Below are positions 60,794 to 64,000 of a DNA stretch of 64,000 nucleotides, one piece after another (position 1 is the first letter of the stretch; every line of letters starts with the position of its first letter). The translations under genes were made by a program, and so were the position numbers. Below the pieces are notes generated by a model. That model was given only the letters and a program-made list of their open reading frames with translations. It did no database searches and was not told the DNA's origin. This DNA comes from Oligoflexia bacterium (lineage in GTDB: Bacteria > Bdellovibrionota > UBA1018), in NCBI GenBank assembly GCA_963758495.1, contig CAVWVI010000003.1, forward strand, positions 1,619,875 to 1,683,874, read 5' to 3'.

Positions 60794-61810
60794 TTACTGT
60801 TGACACTCATAAATTTGCTCAATTGCTGCCCGAGTAAATGCCTTTCGGTCTTCTCTAGAAAGAGTACTCACTAGACTGACGGTGAGACCGACATGGTCTG
60901 AAATCATAATCCCCAGATCAGTTCCAATCCTGGTATCCATTTGTGCAGTGGTTAAAAGTAAACCATCGTTATCTTCTTGGGTATCAAGATGGTTTCGGCA
61001 TGCACTGAGCACTATTTTTGTGCCAAGGCCAATTTGGCTAGGATTTGCGTCAGGATCAATCTTGCTTCTCACATAGAAAATCTTACTTGACACTTCTTCT
61101 TTTGCTTTTTGAGCAGCTTCATATCCTTGTGTTTGAGCCATTTTTTGAAAAAACCGTTGATAGGTTTCAAATGCCTCATCAAAATTTCTTGCAGCTTCCT
61201 GTGTACTGAGAGTAGTTAAATTAGGGCGATGTAAGGTGGGTAAGATATCAAGAACATATGAAACACAGCGCAAGCACCAACTGGGCTCCTGATTTGCTAA
61301 AGGTGAGCCTCCAATGGCAGGTTGAATCAGTAATACTCGATCTATGACCCCATCTAGAATGAGCTCCGGGTGCGTGAGAATTGTATATAAAGTTTCAGCA
61401 CCGCCTTTACTATGCCCAATCAGAATCAAAGGTTTTATCGGGCGCTCATTATTTTCTGAATTGAAGCCATAATAAATTTTAAGAATTTCACGGTATTCAG
61501 TTTCTGCATTTTCTGGGATGGATTTCTTGGAGTTTGGCTTTAAGCTAGTATAGCTCCCCCCCAGTTCTTCGATCGCTTTTCGGTTATCGTCGTAATAATT
61601 ATTTATTAAATTTGCGACCTCATTCAAAATGCCACCAACAAAAACTACATGCCGATCCTGAAGTATTCTTAATGATGGATTGAACTCCTGATAGGGCTGA
61701 TGTTGTTTTTCTTGCTCCCACTTTTGTTGAAGAGTCGTATTTCCAAAAGCGTTAGCCGAATGGGTAATTAATAAAAAAATCCAAAAAATAAATAATCCCC
61801 GCACACTCAT
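60794..61810 (-). CDS. Secreted alpha/beta hydrolase (lipase-like)
   Basis: Signal peptide, GHSKGG nucleophile elbow, GGSPLA, NDGL, DH. Confidence 0.85.
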   Translation of the reverse strand: MSVRGLFIFWIFLLITHSANAFGNTTLQQKWEQEKQHQPYQEFNPSLRILQDRHVVFVGGILNEVANLINNYYDDNRKAIEELGGSYTSLKPNSKKSIPENAETEYREILKIYYGFNSENNERPIKPLILIGHSKGGAETLYTILTHPELILDGVIDRVLLIQPAIGGSPLANQEPSWCLRCVSYVLDILPTLHRPNLTTLSTQEAARNFDEAFETYQRFFQKMAQTQGYEAAQKAKEEVSSKIFYVRSKIDPDANPSQIGLGTKIVLSACRNHLDTQEDNDGLLLTTAQMDTRIGTDLGIMISDHVGLTVSLVSTLSREDRKAFTRAAIEQIYECQQ

Positions 61811-61907
61811 GAACGCAGCAGGTATACTGAAATCTCAAATAAAGCAATGAAAAATATTGCATCGCATTCTAGCTTAAATGTTTGGGCTTAAGTATTTTGG
61901 CCTAAAT

Positions 61908-61943
61908 AGAGACATAGTATAGATCACCTCTAACTATGTCTCT
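61908..61943. terminator. Stem-loop, candidate terminator of the upstream peptidase gene
   Basis: AGAGACATAGT...ACTATGTCTCT 11-bp inverted repeat 30 bp after the 61974 stop; weak U-tract. Confidence 0.5.
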
Positions 61944-61973
61944 TTGATACTTATCTGCTTAGCCAGAGTCAAA

Positions 61974-62906
61974 TCAGTTTAAAGGGAGAATGATCACCAT
62001 ATCTTCGAGGACCGCTAGACTGCCTCCAACAAGATCCTGCGTTTGCCACAGGTTTTTGAATTCACCTGGAGGCACTAAGTTCGTTTGATTCGGAACTCTT
62101 TCCAGAGTGATCTTTGAAAATCGGATATCTCCAAAGTGAGGTAAATTATAATTCACCAAAGGATTCGAGACATAAAACACATTGGGGTTTCTGTTATCAT
62201 ATCCTGCTAGAGTGACATAGTGACCACCTACTCGCTGATAAATATTTTTCCGAGTTGAGGGGTCTAAGGTCACTGTGTACCATCCAAAAAGAAGAACTAC
62301 GCCACGATCACTCGCAATGGAGGAGGCGCCTGGTTGATAGCTACTTTGACTCATCAATCGAAGATCTCCAGGATTTGGCGCATATTTTTGTATAGGGTGA
62401 TCTGAATGAATTCCTCGAATATAAGTATTTGATGTATTGTATTGACCTTCAGTTAAGCTATCTATGGCGCAATTTCGAAGGTCATAAATTCCAGTACCCG
62501 TATTTTTATCAGTTTTGCAAAGGTGAAAGAGAGTCTCAACATAACTTCCATTGGTCGCGTTTGCGGCTGCCGAATGCTCAAGAATTTTTGGAAAGATCGG
62601 CATATGATTAAACTTTAAATAGATAAGAGCATTCGCCATCGCAGCTGGGCCACAGATTTCGCTGGAGCCATTTTCAGCGAAGATATTCGCAAACTTTTGG
62701 TCGTCTTCATACATATTCAAAAGAGGATGTACAATAGGGTGGTCTATTATAAAGTCAGGATGAACGTGAACGGGAGGAAGAATGTTATGCCTGAATCCTA
62801 TATCTACAGGTGAAACCTTAGCTGGGTTATGAAATGGCGGTGTAGTTGATGCTAAAGCATTTGAAGAGATCACCAGAGCGGCAATCATTGCGGTTTTAGT
62901 TTTCAT
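61974..62906 (-). CDS. Secreted papain-fold (C39-like) cysteine peptidase
   Basis: Signal peptide, ICGPAAMANAL, GGHYVTLAGYD, YVSNP. Confidence 0.75.
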   Translation of the reverse strand: MKTKTAMIAALVISSNALASTTPPFHNPAKVSPVDIGFRHNILPPVHVHPDFIIDHPIVHPLLNMYEDDQKFANIFAENGSSEICGPAAMANALIYLKFNHMPIFPKILEHSAAANATNGSYVETLFHLCKTDKNTGTGIYDLRNCAIDSLTEGQYNTSNTYIRGIHSDHPIQKYAPNPGDLRLMSQSSYQPGASSIASDRGVVLLFGWYTVTLDPSTRKNIYQRVGGHYVTLAGYDNRNPNVFYVSNPLVNYNLPHFGDIRFSKITLERVPNQTNLVPPGEFKNLWQTQDLVGGSLAVLEDMVIILPLN

Positions 62907-63062
62907 TTAATTAACCCCTTTTTTGAATCCCAATAATTGATTCCAAGAATGCGGGAGCACTCATATCAGGAGAAATGGGGCTGTGCAATTCATAAAAGAA
63001 TTAAATTCCGTGGGAAACCTAGTCATTTTTTAAAATGTAAAATTTATAATAGGAGTGATCAA

Positions 63063-63470
63063 CTAGCTTATATGCTCCTCGCCAATATCTAAAATCTTAG
63101 CAAGGCGTGAGCGTACTTGTCCTAATACTTCATCCTCGATTCTGCCAAGGCCTTTTATTACTCGCGCACAGGAAATAGCTCTAATCTGGAAACAGTCTAT
63201 CACCGAGGGCTTTGTCAGGCCTGCTAGTTTTAGATCAGCTATGAGGACGTGAAGGCTACTTGAATGCTTTTTCTCACTATCAGTAATAGGTAGGACAATA
63301 ATAAGATCAAAGTGTATTCCGGCGCTTTGGATGACTAGGCAAGGACGCGTTTTTCTTATTTCTCCTCCCACCGTAAGTTCCAGATTTACGAGTACCGTTT
63401 CCCCAGATTCATAAGAGTGCTGGTCTTGACCAGCGCTCGGACCAGATTTACTTGTGGAACGGCTCTGCAT
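63063..63470 (-). CDS. PemK/MazF family toxin
   Basis: VNL..TVGGEIRKTRPCLVIQ, VLPIT, GL.KPS.IDCFQIRAIS..R. Confidence 0.92.
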   Translation of the reverse strand: MQSRSTSKSGPSAGQDQHSYESGETVLVNLELTVGGEIRKTRPCLVIQSAGIHFDLIIVLPITDSEKKHSSSLHVLIADLKLAGLTKPSVIDCFQIRAISCARVIKGLGRIEDEVLGQVRSRLAKILDIGEEHIS

Positions 63471-63675
63471 CTAAAATCTCGAAGTAGTTCTGAACGCCTT
63501 CTGCTGCATATTCTTTAAATGCTTCTTCGCGCCATTTTGCGCGTTTCAGCTGAGCTAGCTTTCTGCGTTGTTCATCTAGGGCAATATTAATTAGCTCGGT
63601 TTTAGTGGCAAATCCAAACTTCTTATATTCAGATAGGAATTTTTCATTTTCTGGTTTGATCTTGCCAATATTCAT
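63448..63675 (-). CDS. Probable antitoxin (RHH-like) of the MazF toxin
   Basis: Small gene directly upstream of and overlapping the toxin; F.TKTELINIALDE helix; ATG 63675 chosen. Confidence 0.7.
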   Translation of the reverse strand: MNIGKIKPENEKFLSEYKKFGFATKTELINIALDEQRRKLAQLKRAKWREEAFKEYAAEGVQNYFEILDAEPFHK

Positions 63676-63717
63676 AAATATTAGGATACCTAATCTAAAC
63701 AATTAAATCGACATAAA

Positions 63718-63751
63718 TATGATCAAATTTATGCGCATAAAATTGATCATA
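63718..63751. promoter_or_regulatory. 34-bp near-perfect palindrome upstream of the TA operon
   Basis: TATGATCAAATTTATGC|GCATAAAATTGATCATA, one mismatched pair. Confidence 0.6.
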
Positions 63752-63922
63752 AAAACTCTGTATTTATGATTACATAGGCTAGCAAGTTGCCGAAATTGAT
63801 CTAATTAACTAGGCTTTCTGCTCCACTTGCATTTGTCCGCATTTCGCAAGTTGTCCGAGGCGTCAAACGACGAGAATTCCCCCTCGAAAAACCATCTGAC
63901 TTCTGCTAGCTTAGGCTCTTCT

Positions 63923-63999
63923 GTGCCCGTAGCTCAGTTGGATAGAGCGTCAGCCTCCGAAGCTGAAGGTCGTACGTTCGATTCGTATCGGGCACACCA
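63923..63999 (+). tRNA. tRNA-Arg(CCG)
   Basis: GTGCCCGTAGCTCAGTTGGATAGAGCG, TCAGC-CT-CCG-AA-GCTGA, GTTCGATTC, CCA; 77 nt. Confidence 0.96.
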
Positions 64000-64000
64000 T

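Overview
AT-rich bacterial chromosome segment. The gene content (MXAN_5187-type C-terminal protein, FecR/FN3 and SpoIIE/STAS modules, many Sec-secreted hydrolases) suggests a Bdellovibrionota/Oligoflexia-like organism; this is inference, not a database result. The backbone is housekeeping: glpK end, radA, ligA, two PTPS/QueD paralogues, EmrAB-TolC with TetR, gapN, DEAD-box helicase, M3 peptidase, tex, egtBD, ABC-F, adenine deaminase, dtd, tatA, maf, yggS and three tRNAs (Ser-CGA, Ser-GCT, Arg-CCG). Three accessory regions stand out. (1) A ~4.6 kb island at tRNA-Ser(CGA), bounded by a 62-bp att duplication and retaining only a 39-codon integrase tail. It carries a HigBA-like TA pair and an unusual Sec-exported polymorphic toxin system: a cysteine-clamped hydrophobic-hairpin partner, a signal-peptide/PT-TG toxin, its immunity gene, and two decayed orphan toxin-tip/immunity cassettes missed by the ORF track. 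(2) A mosaic region after tRNA-Ser(GCT) with an interrupted inverted copy of the tRNA 3' end, an exact 48-bp piece of the iscB gene 10.9 kb away, pseudogene fragments, and a TMTC-like glycosyltransferase followed by an unannotated 41-aa Thr/Ser-rich lipopeptide and a Thr/Ser/Cys-rich secreted protein. (3) An apparently intact IscB/omegaRNA element inserted between the RBS and start codon of dtd. A secreted atypical protein kinase with two SH2-like repeats is also present. No CRISPR array or rRNA was seen. All protein calls come from motif recognition by eye; no searches were run.
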